64,000 nucleotides of DNA, from IMG/VR virus record IMGVR_UViG_3300023278_002893, positions 62,001-126,000 of that record, one strand, 5' to 3'. Position 1 is the first letter of the stretch; every line of letters begins with the position of its first letter. The position numbers and the translations under genes are program-made. This document shows, piece by piece, positions 16,782 to 26,600 of this stretch. The notes below the pieces were generated by a model. It made no database searches and had not been told where the DNA came from. It saw only the letters and a list, made by a program, of their open reading frames with translations.

Positions 16782-17040
16782 CCCTTTTCATACCGTCAAG
16801 TTCTCGAGCAAGTGTGTTAGTCTGAAGCGATACCGTGGTGGCAAACTGCTGGAACCTACCAAGCAAGAACATAAACGCAATCCTATCCTGAGTAATTCCC
16901 TCAGGAAATCCATTCTGAACCCGTACCTCCTCGGCGAGATCCTCGTCGAACAGAATGGCGGTACACACATCCATTGTGGTCTCGAGCCGAACACCGGTCG
17001 GCTGAACATCGACGTCTTCATTCATTTTATAATCCTCCAT
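16759..17040 (-). CDS. Hypothetical protein
   Basis: ORF track. Confidence 0.55.
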   Translation of the reverse strand: MEDYKMNEDVDVQPTGVRLETTMDVCTAILFDEDLAEEVRVQNGFPEGITQDRIAFMFLLGRFQQFATTVSLQTNTLARELDGMKRDESLIDG

Positions 17041-17097
17041 CTCTTCAATGTAGAAGAGCTTGTGACCGGACTCGGTATTTCCGAGTCAAGTCTGTTA

Positions 17098-17592
17098 TCA
17101 CACACCCAATTTGCGGGTGATCTTCTGGGTCTGGGTGAATCGAGTGTACTTATTACCCCTCTCACCCCTCCAACTAGCAAGCGTCGCGCCAAATGCATAT
17201 CGTCGCTGGAACCGAACAGCCTCCTCAGTTCGTCCTAGAAACTGAGAAAGAAACTTGGTAGTGAAGTGATTCGTCGGCGCTATTAGTACCGCCGCGATAT
17301 CAACATCAGACCAGGCATCCCCACTATTTCCGGCATAAAAATCAATAAGATGGGCATTGCCGAGACGTGCCTTCTTATTCTCCTTCCGGAATCTTTCAGC
17401 GTTATATGCATAGAAATTGGCAACACCCCTAACCAGTCGAGTGGTTCTGGGATGTCGGGAAGAAGAAACCTTACGGAACTCCCGCAAAGCACTCTCATAA
17501 TCTCCCGCCTGTAGGAAACCAATCCCCTTTCGAATCGTATAAACACCCCGAGCTAGGGTAATCTTACGCTGTCGTCCATTGAAACTTACCAT
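17098..17592 (-). CDS. Hypothetical protein with Myb/HTH-like segment
   Basis: Start refined to ATG 17592 (AAGGAG RBS); WSDVDIAAVL...LSQFLGRTEEAVRFQRR. Confidence 0.5.
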   Translation of the reverse strand: MVSFNGRQRKITLARGVYTIRKGIGFLQAGDYESALREFRKVSSSRHPRTTRLVRGVANFYAYNAERFRKENKKARLGNAHLIDFYAGNSGDAWSDVDIAAVLIAPTNHFTTKFLSQFLGRTEEAVRFQRRYAFGATLASWRGERGNKYTRFTQTQKITRKLGV

Positions 17593-17593
17593 T

Positions 17594-18166
17594 TTAATTC
17601 TCCTTTTTACTTCCCTTAGAGCCAAACTTTGGTCTCTTGTCTGTAAACTTTGCGTTAACTCTTTTAAGCTGCACCATGTGCTTAAAATGCTCACTCACAA
17701 CTTCCGCTAGATCCTCTATTGGACAATAGCATATTGCCGGATGATCTGGATCGGTAATGAGATAAAAATCATTACATGTAAAATGGCTTGATGTTTGATT
17801 TTTATATCCATCCTTTTCTGATGAAAATACATACGACATTGGAATCACTGCAGCCCTTGTCATCTCCCTATTTACTTTAACAAACAGGGACATGGGGTGC
17901 CGAACGAAGAACTTATGCTTCCGTGCAGGCACCGAGAACCCCTTCTTCCAGGTAGGAGGGTAGGGTTCCGCGGTAGGCCACTTACTGCCCTGAGTACTCT
18001 CAATTTCAATAGCAAATCCCTCATAGCCCTCAGCGGTTGCCTCCACATCTACCCCAAACTTGTCACTTTCATGTAGGGATAGCTTGTACTTCTTCAACTT
18101 CTTAGAGTCTTTGAGGAGTTCCATTACCTTCTCCTCCGTAGACCATGCATTTTTATAATCTACCAA
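17594..18166 (-). CDS. Hypothetical protein, possible PD-(D/E)XK nuclease fold
   Basis: FGVDVEA...FAIEIE. Confidence 0.45.
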   Translation of the reverse strand: MVDYKNAWSTEEKVMELLKDSKKLKKYKLSLHESDKFGVDVEATAEGYEGFAIEIESTQGSKWPTAEPYPPTWKKGFSVPARKHKFFVRHPMSLFVKVNREMTRAAVIPMSYVFSSEKDGYKNQTSSHFTCNDFYLITDPDHPAICYCPIEDLAEVVSEHFKHMVQLKRVNAKFTDKRPKFGSKGSKKEN

Positions 18167-18168
18167 AG

Positions 18169-19059
18169 TTATTCTCCCTCGCTTTGACAGCTTGGGCAGA
18201 AGTGGGTTGATCTACCATTCAGCTTGATTTTCTTGATGACCTCCTGGCAGTAAGAACACTCCTGTCCTGTTTTTTGGTATACTTTGTGATGCTTTTGAAA
18301 CGAACCTTCTAGTCCAGCAGCGTCGGTATAATCCGACACGGAAGAACCTCGGTACTTCAAACCCTCCTTCAGAACAGTCTTGACTGCCAACCACAGCTTG
18401 GCTCGTTCCTCTTTGGAGAGAGATTCGCCTTTCCTAGTCGGGTGAATACCTGCTGAAAAGCAAGCCTCATCCGCATAGATATTGCCCACACCTGCAATCT
18501 TCTTCTGATCCAGAAGAACGGTCTTCACAGCTCGCCTAGTCCCCATAATACCACTAAACTCCTGGATAGAAATACCCAAGGCATCGGGCCCCAAATCTTT
18601 CAAACCCGGAACCTGTAAATTCTCAATGTCATCCACTTCGGGGACTAACCATATATGCCCGAAGAGACGCACATCGTTGAACTGCATCTCTACATCCGCA
18701 GAATCACCCGAAGGATCAGAAAATTCCAATATAAAGTGCGTGTGTCTGTCTACAAAACCTGTGCCAGTAAATCTATCCTCGAAAGACACATCAGGTACAT
18801 CCCTAACTAGAATCTTACCTGTCATGCCCAGGTGCATGACGATAACTGAGTTGTTATCTAGGGGCACAATGATATACTTACCCTTTCTAACAACAGTTAC
18901 CACGATTTGAGTCATGACATTCTCATAGAACGTCTGAGCATCTACGTTTAGCAAACTAGACTGAGCTTTGGGGCGTATAACCAGACCACTTATCATTTTA
19001 CCAATGAGAGCAGGTCGGATATCACGAACTATAGTTTCAACTTCCGGGAGTTCCGGCAT
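18169..19059 (-). CDS. mutM: Formamidopyrimidine-DNA glycosylase (Fpg)
   Basis: N-terminal MPELPEVET (start refined to 19059), RKGKY, HLGMTG, DVRLFG, LGPDAL, H2TH GVGNIYADE, C-terminal Zn finger CSYC...RSTHFCPSCQ. Confidence 0.93.
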   Translation of the reverse strand: MPELPEVETIVRDIRPALIGKMISGLVIRPKAQSSLLNVDAQTFYENVMTQIVVTVVRKGKYIIVPLDNNSVIVMHLGMTGKILVRDVPDVSFEDRFTGTGFVDRHTHFILEFSDPSGDSADVEMQFNDVRLFGHIWLVPEVDDIENLQVPGLKDLGPDALGISIQEFSGIMGTRRAVKTVLLDQKKIAGVGNIYADEACFSAGIHPTRKGESLSKEERAKLWLAVKTVLKEGLKYRGSSVSDYTDAAGLEGSFQKHHKVYQKTGQECSYCQEVIKKIKLNGRSTHFCPSCQSEGE

Positions 19060-19528
19060 GCGCGATCTCCTGTTCCTTACGTGCAAGGTAATAAGCTTCA
19101 AAGCCCTTCTTATTTAAGTCCTCACGACTACCTCTGAATATATAAGCAGCGATGCCTAAACAATTGCTTTTCTTCCCAAGAGCAGCTACCACACGGTCGG
19201 CTGCCCCGAAGGTGGTGATAACGTCATCGATGATCAGATAATTACCAGTGCTGAACTCCGGCCCGCGCAGATTGTCTCCCTTATCAACAATTACCAACGG
19301 CTTATCCTTAGCAAACGCTACAAACGTCGCAGGGACAATCCCTCCTATGGCGGGGGCTACAATGAAATCTACACTATCCCAATCAAACACCGGCTTCATC
19401 TGCCGGAGGAGCTGCTCTATATACGCTGCGTGTTCTCGCATACTAAGAAGATCAAAATCATAGAAGACGTTGGACGCTAGTCCGGACGAAAGGGTAAAAC
19501 TACCTTCTAATCGACACTCCTCAAACAT
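19037..19528 (-). CDS. Orotate phosphoribosyltransferase-like type I PRTase
   Basis: GSFTLSSGLASNVFYD, PRPP motif LIIDDVITT; start refined to MFEEC. Confidence 0.7.
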   Translation of the reverse strand: MFEECRLEGSFTLSSGLASNVFYDFDLLSMREHAAYIEQLLRQMKPVFDWDSVDFIVAPAIGGIVPATFVAFAKDKPLVIVDKGDNLRGPEFSTGNYLIIDDVITTFGAADRVVAALGKKSNCLGIAAYIFRGSREDLNKKGFEAYYLARKEQEIAHAGTPGS

Positions 19529-20114
19529 ACTCTGCAACTCCTCTGAAAGTCTTACGATGTAAAGGGGTAATCCCATGTACCATTATAGCCTGACGGTGTT
19601 CTTCTGTTCCGTATCCCTTGTTGCGGTCCCACCCATACTGAGGGTGATCCGTATGCATATCCTTCATGTATTTATCCCTGATAACCTTCGCAAGAATACT
19701 AGCAGCTCCAATACATTTTACTATATCATCCCCACCTTTTATACATTCTTGACTTATGTGAGGGGGAAGTTCCTGAAGAGGTCTATTACCATCTACAAGT
19801 ATTAAGGTGTTGTCTGGAGAATCTGCCATCTTATAAACATTCTGTGCGGAGGTTCTCATCGCCAAAAGGGCTGCGTTGAGTATGTTAATGTCATCAATTA
19901 CTCCGACACCTATTCCCTGAATATCATGAACACAGTTCTCCATTATCAATTCCGCAAGATGCTCTCGTTTCTTAGCAGATAATTTCTTACTATCCCTGAT
20001 TTCTCCCCACCAATCAAAATGCTCTGTCGGTTCCAGGACTGCGGCGGCGAAAACATCCCCCGCCAAGCAACCACGGCCGACTTCATCCACACCTATAACA
20101 ACCTGATCACTCAC
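19521..20114 (-). CDS. rnhB: Ribonuclease HII
   Basis: IGVDEVGRG, DSKKLS, LVDGN, KGGD..IGAASILAKV.RD, NKGYGT..H, HRKTF; probable GTG start at 20114. Confidence 0.92.
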   Translation of the reverse strand: MSDQVVIGVDEVGRGCLAGDVFAAAVLEPTEHFDWWGEIRDSKKLSAKKREHLAELIMENCVHDIQGIGVGVIDDINILNAALLAMRTSAQNVYKMADSPDNTLILVDGNRPLQELPPHISQECIKGGDDIVKCIGAASILAKVIRDKYMKDMHTDHPQYGWDRNKGYGTEEHRQAIMVHGITPLHRKTFRGVAEYV

Positions 20115-20553
20115 CTTCTTTGTCCTCAGGAGTCCAGATGGCAATCTCCTCCTCACCCGGACGACCATGCACCGACTCACCTACCGACTCAAGAGGGGCG
20201 ACGACCGGTATCTGGGCCGTTGCGGTAGTTTTGAACGCCGCAGGATTTGCCACTTCTACAAGAGGTTCGATAGATCCTCCCGAAGGAGGGGCAGGTACAG
20301 GACTCTGCTGACCATCAGGAAGAACGCCCATTTTCATAAGCTTACGCATCAGCCTGCGCGTCTTGGGATCCACATGGGGCACATAGACAGCATCAGCAGA
20401 GCACCTATTAACGAACTCACCCCCGAAGACGTAGCGTCCGCAAGACCTACGCTTCTTGATTGAGACCTTAGACCCCTTAGCACTACATACAGCACCCGAT
20501 AGCCTGGAACAATCAACACAGCGAACCTTATTTCCGCCTTCAAACTTGGACAT
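20107..20553 (-). CDS. Hypothetical protein with Cys-rich N-terminus
   Basis: CVDC...C...C. Confidence 0.55.
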   Translation of the reverse strand: MSKFEGGNKVRCVDCSRLSGAVCSAKGSKVSIKKRRSCGRYVFGGEFVNRCSADAVYVPHVDPKTRRLMRKLMKMGVLPDGQQSPVPAPPSGGSIEPLVEVANPAAFKTTATAQIPVVAPLESVGESVHGRPGEEEIAIWTPEDKEGE

Positions 20554-21008
20554 TATTCATCCTCTACCGTTATATGAACGTTTGACTTCCTATCCTCACC
20601 CTGATCGCCCAGAACCTGCTCCGGCGTCCCCGACTTTACCCCATAATTAGCAGCCGGGCGTGCAGTGGGATTAAATCTCCGCACTGCCCTCTCCTGTTCT
20701 TCCGGAGAAGTAACTTTGTCCAAAGGTAAACTATTCTGTGCCTGCTCCCACAGCGCATCCTTCTTAGAATCCACCTCATCCGCGGGCTCAGACGCTTTCT
20801 TCTTATTCTTTGCTCCCCGCGGGCGGCCCCTGCCTCTCTTCTTCTTAGCGACTGTGGGAGTGGGAACATCCTCCCCCGCCTCGTCCGATCGGAGCTCTAC
20901 GTAAATCTCACGTTTAGCAATCAGACGACCGAGTGTATCCTCCGTCTCCTCTATAGCATCATCCAGCTCGGAGATTCTGGTATCTAATGTTTTGATTATA
21001 TCACGCAT
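20553..21008 (-). CDS. Coiled-coil plus AT-hook DNA-binding-like protein
   Basis: N-terminal heptads, then KKKRGRGRPRGAKNKKK; start refined to MRDIIK. Confidence 0.55.
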   Translation of the reverse strand: MRDIIKTLDTRISELDDAIEETEDTLGRLIAKREIYVELRSDEAGEDVPTPTVAKKKRGRGRPRGAKNKKKASEPADEVDSKKDALWEQAQNSLPLDKVTSPEEQERAVRRFNPTARPAANYGVKSGTPEQVLGDQGEDRKSNVHITVEDE

Positions 21009-21009
21009 C

Positions 21010-21612
21010 TTATCCTCTCGTACTCTTAGTCTGGATTTTATCAACAATTCCAAACTCCATTGCTTCCTCCGCAGACATCCATTTGTCTCTGTCGTAGAGG
21101 GATTTACACTCTTCCACCGTTTTACCCGTGTTCAGTGCTAAATCTTTCATCAAGATCTCATTAACGGTTTCCATCTCACGCATCGTGATCTGGACATCGG
21201 TAATATCGCCCTTCGCTCCGCCAGATACCTGATGCATCATAATACGTGCTCTCGGCATAGAATAACGCTTACCTTTTGTACCTCCCGCCAAAAGAAAACA
21301 CCCCATGCTAGCAGCAGACCCAACACATAAAGTATGAATGTCGGGCTTGATGTATTCCATCGTATCATATATCCCAAGACCTGCGGACACCGACCCACCA
21401 GGTGAGTTGATGTACATAAATATGTCCTTGTTGGGATCGTCATTCTCCAAAAAGAGGAGTTGACCTATGATAAGATTGGCCATCGCATCGCTAACTGGGG
21501 TGCCTAGGACTATAATCCTATCTCTCAATAACCTTGAGTAAATATCGTACGCTTTCTCACTATTGCCATCCTTTTCGATAACAACCGGCATTGGAATTCC
21601 TGCTTCAGACAT
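21010..21612 (-). CDS. clpP: ATP-dependent Clp protease proteolytic subunit
   Basis: YDIYSRLLRDRII, YINSPGG, catalytic AASMG, IMMHQ, DRDKWMSAEEA.EFGIVD. Confidence 0.95.
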   Translation of the reverse strand: MSEAGIPMPVVIEKDGNSEKAYDIYSRLLRDRIIVLGTPVSDAMANLIIGQLLFLENDDPNKDIFMYINSPGGSVSAGLGIYDTMEYIKPDIHTLCVGSAASMGCFLLAGGTKGKRYSMPRARIMMHQVSGGAKGDITDVQITMREMETVNEILMKDLALNTGKTVEECKSLYDRDKWMSAEEAMEFGIVDKIQTKSTRG

Positions 21613-21624
21613 CTATTAAATTCC

Positions 21625-21792
21625 TTAGTTAAGTAAGACAGCGTCATTGCTGTCGGTATAAACAAAACCGTTTTCAAAACAGAGCTCACACGGACGACGC
21701 TCAGGCTTCAGAGGATCTTCAGCATAAGCATTACATACATAAACCACACCGTCTTCGCACTCAGGATCAGGGCAAGGGATTCTTTTAGACAT
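21625..21792 (-). CDS. Small Zn-finger-like protein (55 aa, not in ORF track)
   Basis: MSKRIPCPDPECEDGVVYVCNAYAEDPLKPERRPCELCFENGFVY...; AGGAG RBS. Confidence 0.6.
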   Translation of the reverse strand: MSKRIPCPDPECEDGVVYVCNAYAEDPLKPERRPCELCFENGFVYTDSNDAVLLN

Positions 21793-21819
21793 TTATTGTA
21801 CTCCTATGATGACAGGACA

Positions 21820-21848
21820 ATAATAAGGGGACAATCCCCTGTTGTCAA
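21820..21848 (-). promoter_or_regulatory. Sigma70-type promoter with palindromic spacer (clpP operon)
   Basis: TTGACA-ACAGGGGATTGTCCCCT (17 nt)-TATTAT. Confidence 0.7.
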
Positions 21849-21900
21849 GCACCGTCTAAAGTTTCCTGCTCTGCATTCTTAACTCTATCGAAATCCCTGA

Positions 21901-22062
21901 TCAACCGATCCCACTCACGCCGTACAACGTAACCATTATCCACGCATTGTCTAAATAAGGTATAAGATCACACATCGCATTAACTTCTCGCGGGGCGGTA
22001 TAGACTTCCGCCAGTCCCCTTACCCTATCCTTGGATTTAATTTGGGGTTTCATCTCTTCCAT
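21901..22062 (-). pseudogene. Truncated N6-adenine DNA methylase (R-M modification subunit) remnant
   Basis: QIKSKDRVRGLAEVYTAPREVNAMCDLI resembles the KSKxRVxxxGEVFTxxxxVxxMLDL N-terminus, but the ORF stops after 53 aa. Confidence 0.55.
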
Positions 22063-22068
22063 GTCCCA

Positions 22069-22097
22069 ATCATACACTATACTTCCCCCATTGTCAA
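22069..22097 (-). promoter_or_regulatory. Sigma70-type promoter
   Basis: TTGACA-ATGGGGGAAGTATAGTG (17 nt)-TATGAT. Confidence 0.65.
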
Positions 22098-22105
22098 GGA
22101 ACACC

Positions 22106-22915
22106 TTACTCGTGGTAGGTTTTAATTTCGCCTATGTAGTTGTTCTTCATATGTTCTTTGTGTGCGCGAGTCGCCGCATTTCGTGCCGCTTCCACCTCTT
22201 TCTCTGTGGCATTTTTGAGACGGCCGTCAGCAAGCATATGATGACGCCTACACAAAGGAAGCCAATTAGAACCATCCAAAGGATTATTTTCATGATTGCC
22301 GTCTAAATGATGGCAATCCACACTCTTAACGTTCTTACCTTCGACTTTATCACAACCAGGGAAGAAACATTTGATTGGATCACCGAAGATTTTCTTCAGC
22401 CGAAACTTACCCTTACCAAAGTAGAGGTGTCGGGAGCGTCCGCCCTTCCAAGAATTACTTTTATCTCCAGACTGGGCTTCTGAAATTCTCCTCCGCCGCT
22501 CGTCGGTAACAACGACTTGACTTAATTTAAGTCTCGTGGCGTCACTGACCTCATGTCCTAACAAACTGGCACTGATGGCTAATTTGTGTTCTTCGGAAAG
22601 CTTCGAACCCAATCGAGCCTGTCGAATCTTCTCTTTGGTTTCTTCAGAGTGCTTCTTTCCTGTATTAGCAATGGCAAGCTTGAGGGCTTTGGGTGTCAGA
22701 TACTTCTCTGGCTTCTTGCCTCTCTTCTTTAAGATAAACCTCAAGCGAGACAGCTGCATTCGCCTTCTTGTCAAGGGTGATACAACTGGTGCGTTGGGAA
22801 ACTGCTCCCTGTATTTCTTTGAATTCAGGTCATGTGTTTTTAGATGACCGGGTAATGATTTATATCTGTTGAAACAAATTTCACATTTTACTGTTGGAGT
22901 TAATTTCTGTGCCAA
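22106..22915 (-). CDS. Free-standing HNH homing endonuclease with NUMOD3 repeats and N-terminal Zn finger
   Basis: CEIC...HLKTH; GKKHSEETKEKI-type repeats; CHHLDGNHENN..NWLPLCRRHH. Confidence 0.8.
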   Translation of the reverse strand: MAQKLTPTVKCEICFNRYKSLPGHLKTHDLNSKKYREQFPNAPVVSPLTRRRMQLSRLRFILKKRGKKPEKYLTPKALKLAIANTGKKHSEETKEKIRQARLGSKLSEEHKLAISASLLGHEVSDATRLKLSQVVVTDERRRRISEAQSGDKSNSWKGGRSRHLYFGKGKFRLKKIFGDPIKCFFPGCDKVEGKNVKSVDCHHLDGNHENNPLDGSNWLPLCRRHHMLADGRLKNATEKEVEAARNAATRAHKEHMKNNYIGEIKTYHE

Positions 22916-22954
22916 ATCATAGCACCGTCCTTTACTCCCCGATATTTATCCCCA

Positions 22955-23617
22955 TTATAGCATAATCCTAGCATTATCTATTTCTAAATCACGCACTTCT
23001 GAAACCAGAATAAAGCCAGGAAGTAACTCACCCGTCGTAAGATAATACAGATAGTCTAAAAAATCAAAGGCGGCTTTGGTGGCTACCAAATCATCTCTTC
23101 GAAAGAAACAAACAGCTTGCTTTGACCAACCTTTCTGCCCCGGGGCCAGAAGACAAATAATATCTATGTTAGTATTATTCTCCTTACTATTCAAACTATC
23201 AGCCACCCGTATTTGAACCTTTGCAAGATCTTGTGAAATCAGTAATATAAGAATTGCTGGTAGGTCACTAGAATCTAAGAAATCTGGTAAAGTTCTCAGA
23301 GATAGAAATTTTCCAGTAGCTTCTTCCATCACATTTTGTAACCACCACTCTGTGTAAGAGGTAGTCCGTTTTTTATGTTCTGCCAGTATCCACTGACTCT
23401 CTTTCGTCTCTATTAGAAAATCAGGCCTTTTACCAATATCTGATATATCTTTTGGATCATCTATATACAAATAAACTTTGTCTCCAAACCATTTTTCTGA
23501 CCAGGGTGGGGGGTTTTGTTGTTTCTTCAACTGCCTCTTATGGTTTTCCCTTTTTCTATAACGATCTTCTTTCGACTTTCTCGACAATTTCCGCTTCTTC
23601 TTATTTACCATCATCAC
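22955..23617 (-). CDS. Hypothetical protein (AT-rich, basic N-terminus)
   Basis: ORF track; composition differs from flanks. Confidence 0.55.
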   Translation of the reverse strand: MMMVNKKKRKLSRKSKEDRYRKRENHKRQLKKQQNPPPWSEKWFGDKVYLYIDDPKDISDIGKRPDFLIETKESQWILAEHKKRTTSYTEWWLQNVMEEATGKFLSLRTLPDFLDSSDLPAILILLISQDLAKVQIRVADSLNSKENNTNIDIICLLAPGQKGWSKQAVCFFRRDDLVATKAAFDFLDYLYYLTTGELLPGFILVSEVRDLEIDNARIML

Positions 23618-26600
23618 TCACATCCGCTATGACCGCAATCGGCGCACTTCACACAACCACTCTCCATAATCAATTTCTTAGACTGACAGGAGCGGCATCT
23701 TGAAACCTCTAAATACTCTTCGTCTGTAATATACTTCTTCAGTACCCGCAGGATCGCTTTACTGAACGCAGTTACCTCCCCATCACACTTCGTGAGCTGG
23801 GAAACCAGCGCGTTGAGTGGAGCCCCGTGTCTAAGACTGGTGGATAAGAGACGGGTGACCATTCGATGTTCATCATTCAGAAGGAGCTGAGCTACGTTTT
23901 TGATTGTCCAGGTGTCCTCACCTGTACCAATCACGAGGTTATATCTACCGTGCCCATTCCTCCTCAGCATACCACCTGTGCGGGATGAGGATATTTCGAT
24001 ATGTTCCTCCGGGAAACAGAAAACCTCATAGGGTTTCCCATGGAGAAGACCAACCAAAACCTTCCACTTCTCGCCCTTTACACTAACCGTATGAATGTCA
24101 CAATCCAGATCATCGGGCCGTACAGGGGCATTCATCGTTACCACCGTTTTTGGCCTGGAACCTGGATTCTTGGACGGATTCTTGAGGGTCTCCAAGATCT
24201 GAGTCTTGGAACCGTCCCGATATACGGCGGTGGATTTGATATTACTATCGAAAGCACCTATATAAGCACCCATGATATCGTCTACAGTCGCTTCAGGCGG
24301 GAGATTGATGGTATTATGAGATACTATACCAGATACAAGATAGTTATGTGATTCTTCAACCTCCACATCATACATTGAGATTTTGCCTGAATTCTCTATT
24401 GAAGAAATCTTCATCACCTTGCCCAAAATTTCTAATCCTAATTCTTCTGCCAATTCCCGAGTACAATGTTGGGATCTTCTTTGTCGTAAATTACGGACAG
24501 CAGAATAACGAGGATGGTCCGATTTGATAGGCAGTGTGAACACATCTTCATGCTCGAATGCAACCAGGTGTGCTCTACCGCCATTAACTTTGGGAGAACA
24601 TTTGTGTAACTCTAAAGGTGTGATGGTTTGCATTAGTTCATCAGAAACCATTACGGAATGAACGTAATAGCCGTGAGACTTAACTAGTTTCTTACCACAA
24701 TAAACACGGGGCTTTCCAAAAGAACGAAGCATTTCTGCGACTTGATACGCCAGTGCTTGGGATTTACCTTCGTACACAACCAAACCCCTTCCCGGCCGCA
24801 AATAACCATCTAAAGTAAGTCCTTCGATAAAATGTCTCTTTTCAGCAAAACTTCCTTGTAAAATCTGATCAGGAACTCTCTTATCATCACTCCTATAACC
24901 AATCAATTCTCTAAGATATCTAACTAATACACGAGAGGTAAGTCTGTGCTCAACCACACCCGTCCGCGAATCTATATGAACTTCTGGAATAACGCCAAAT
25001 ACATCTTCAGCGAGTGTGTTGTAGAAATTCCCCACATTCCCTGAATCTTTTTCGTATAAAGAAACCTTACCAGTGGATTCCTCCAAATGACCATCCGCAG
25101 CCAACATTCCTAAAAGTTTAGCTAGATAAACCGACATTTTATCCGGTAAATTTATAAAGTTCGCATTAGTTTTCCTATCAAAATCTATATTTATTGTACG
25201 AGAATTCTCAACATCAAAAACCTCAAAATCGTCGTTGATAAATATCAAATCATCGGGAACTAGATCACCCAATGTTTTCCAACCCCCGATAGTTTTTACT
25301 TTATGAGAATCAGATGCGCCAGTTATGGATGATCCGTTTTGCAGAACAAGACTGGTTGCATCTTTCTCACCGGCACTGTAATGGGAAAGTACTTTACGAT
25401 GAATACCCTTCTCATCTATAACCATCAGATCCTGAAGCGGTTCCCCAAAAACATCAACACCGCGTGCGTTACCGCACTGCTCAATAGGTAAAATTCCTCT
25501 ATTAGTATTGATCAAAGTACCCCCAGCTAAACATTTACTCACACTAGAATCAACCTGCTCAGAAAACACCGCCTGCATCGCCAAGTGGTCTTGCCAGCTG
25601 ATGTCCTGAGCCTGCTCGAAGTACTTTGGCACCCTCTTATGTCGCCTTAGTTCCCGGAAATCGTGGTTGTATTCCGCAAAGTCAATACCGCGAGTCTCCA
25701 TCCATTCTAAAAATGAAGGGCAACCATCCATAATAGTTCCGATATTGGAATTCCGCTGATACGCCATAGCAAAATAAGGCTCGCACCCAGAAGAATAACC
25801 GGTAATAGTTCCAGTTGTTCCCGTAGGAGCTTGCGTAAGGATAGTGACATTCGCAATACCATGGGTCTTTAACTCCTTCTCCAGATCAGGTCTCTCCTTG
25901 AGAAGCTGCTGGATGAACTTACTCTTCTTGAACTTCTTGAAGTCGTAAGCTGGGAATGGACCAATCTCTTTGGCCATATCAATGGACGCTTCGTACGCTG
26001 TGTGCTTGATGAACTTGAGAATCTTCTTAGCCATTCCGCGGCCAGAATCTTGACTATAAATGTAATCCTTATCGGTGCGCATGGACATGCGGATTAACGC
26101 CTCGTGCATACCAATGGTTCCCAAACCTATGCGACGCTCTTTCTGGGTGTTCTCATCAATCTTCTCAACTCCAGTCTCGTTGAGAAGGGTAATCCAGTTA
26201 AGACTACGCACCAAAACAAAGACTGCTTCCCTCAACCCATCCCAATCCACCGAACCGTCCTCATTTACAAACTCAGGAAGGACAAGACTGGACAAGCAAC
26301 ACACTGACCATGGTGGAAGAACCTGCTCTGCACAAGGATTGGTTGCGTCTAACGGATTAAAATATTCCCCATTGTGATAAGCACGTGCCCTATCTACGAA
26401 AAAGATACCAGGGCACCCATCCTCCCATGCATTGGTACAGATACGTCTAAACCACTCATATGCGGTAAGGTGATAGGAACTCTTGACAAGTTTTAGATGC
26501 TTAGTATTCCTAAAAGGAACCTCATTCGTAGCCTCATGTAGTGCTATTTCTTCATCTGGCGCGCACACTGAAATGGGAATAACAGTCTCCACGCCGGGCA

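Noticed and set aside
17069-17090. CTTGACT near 17090 as a sixth promoter; GACTCGG/CCGAGTC hairpin as a terminator
   Set aside because: No -10 box at 16-18 nt spacing and no U-tract after the hairpin.
21010-21612. ClpP as a prohead maturation protease
   Set aside because: It closely resembles housekeeping ClpP, is not beside portal or capsid genes, and a partner ATPase with a docking loop is present.
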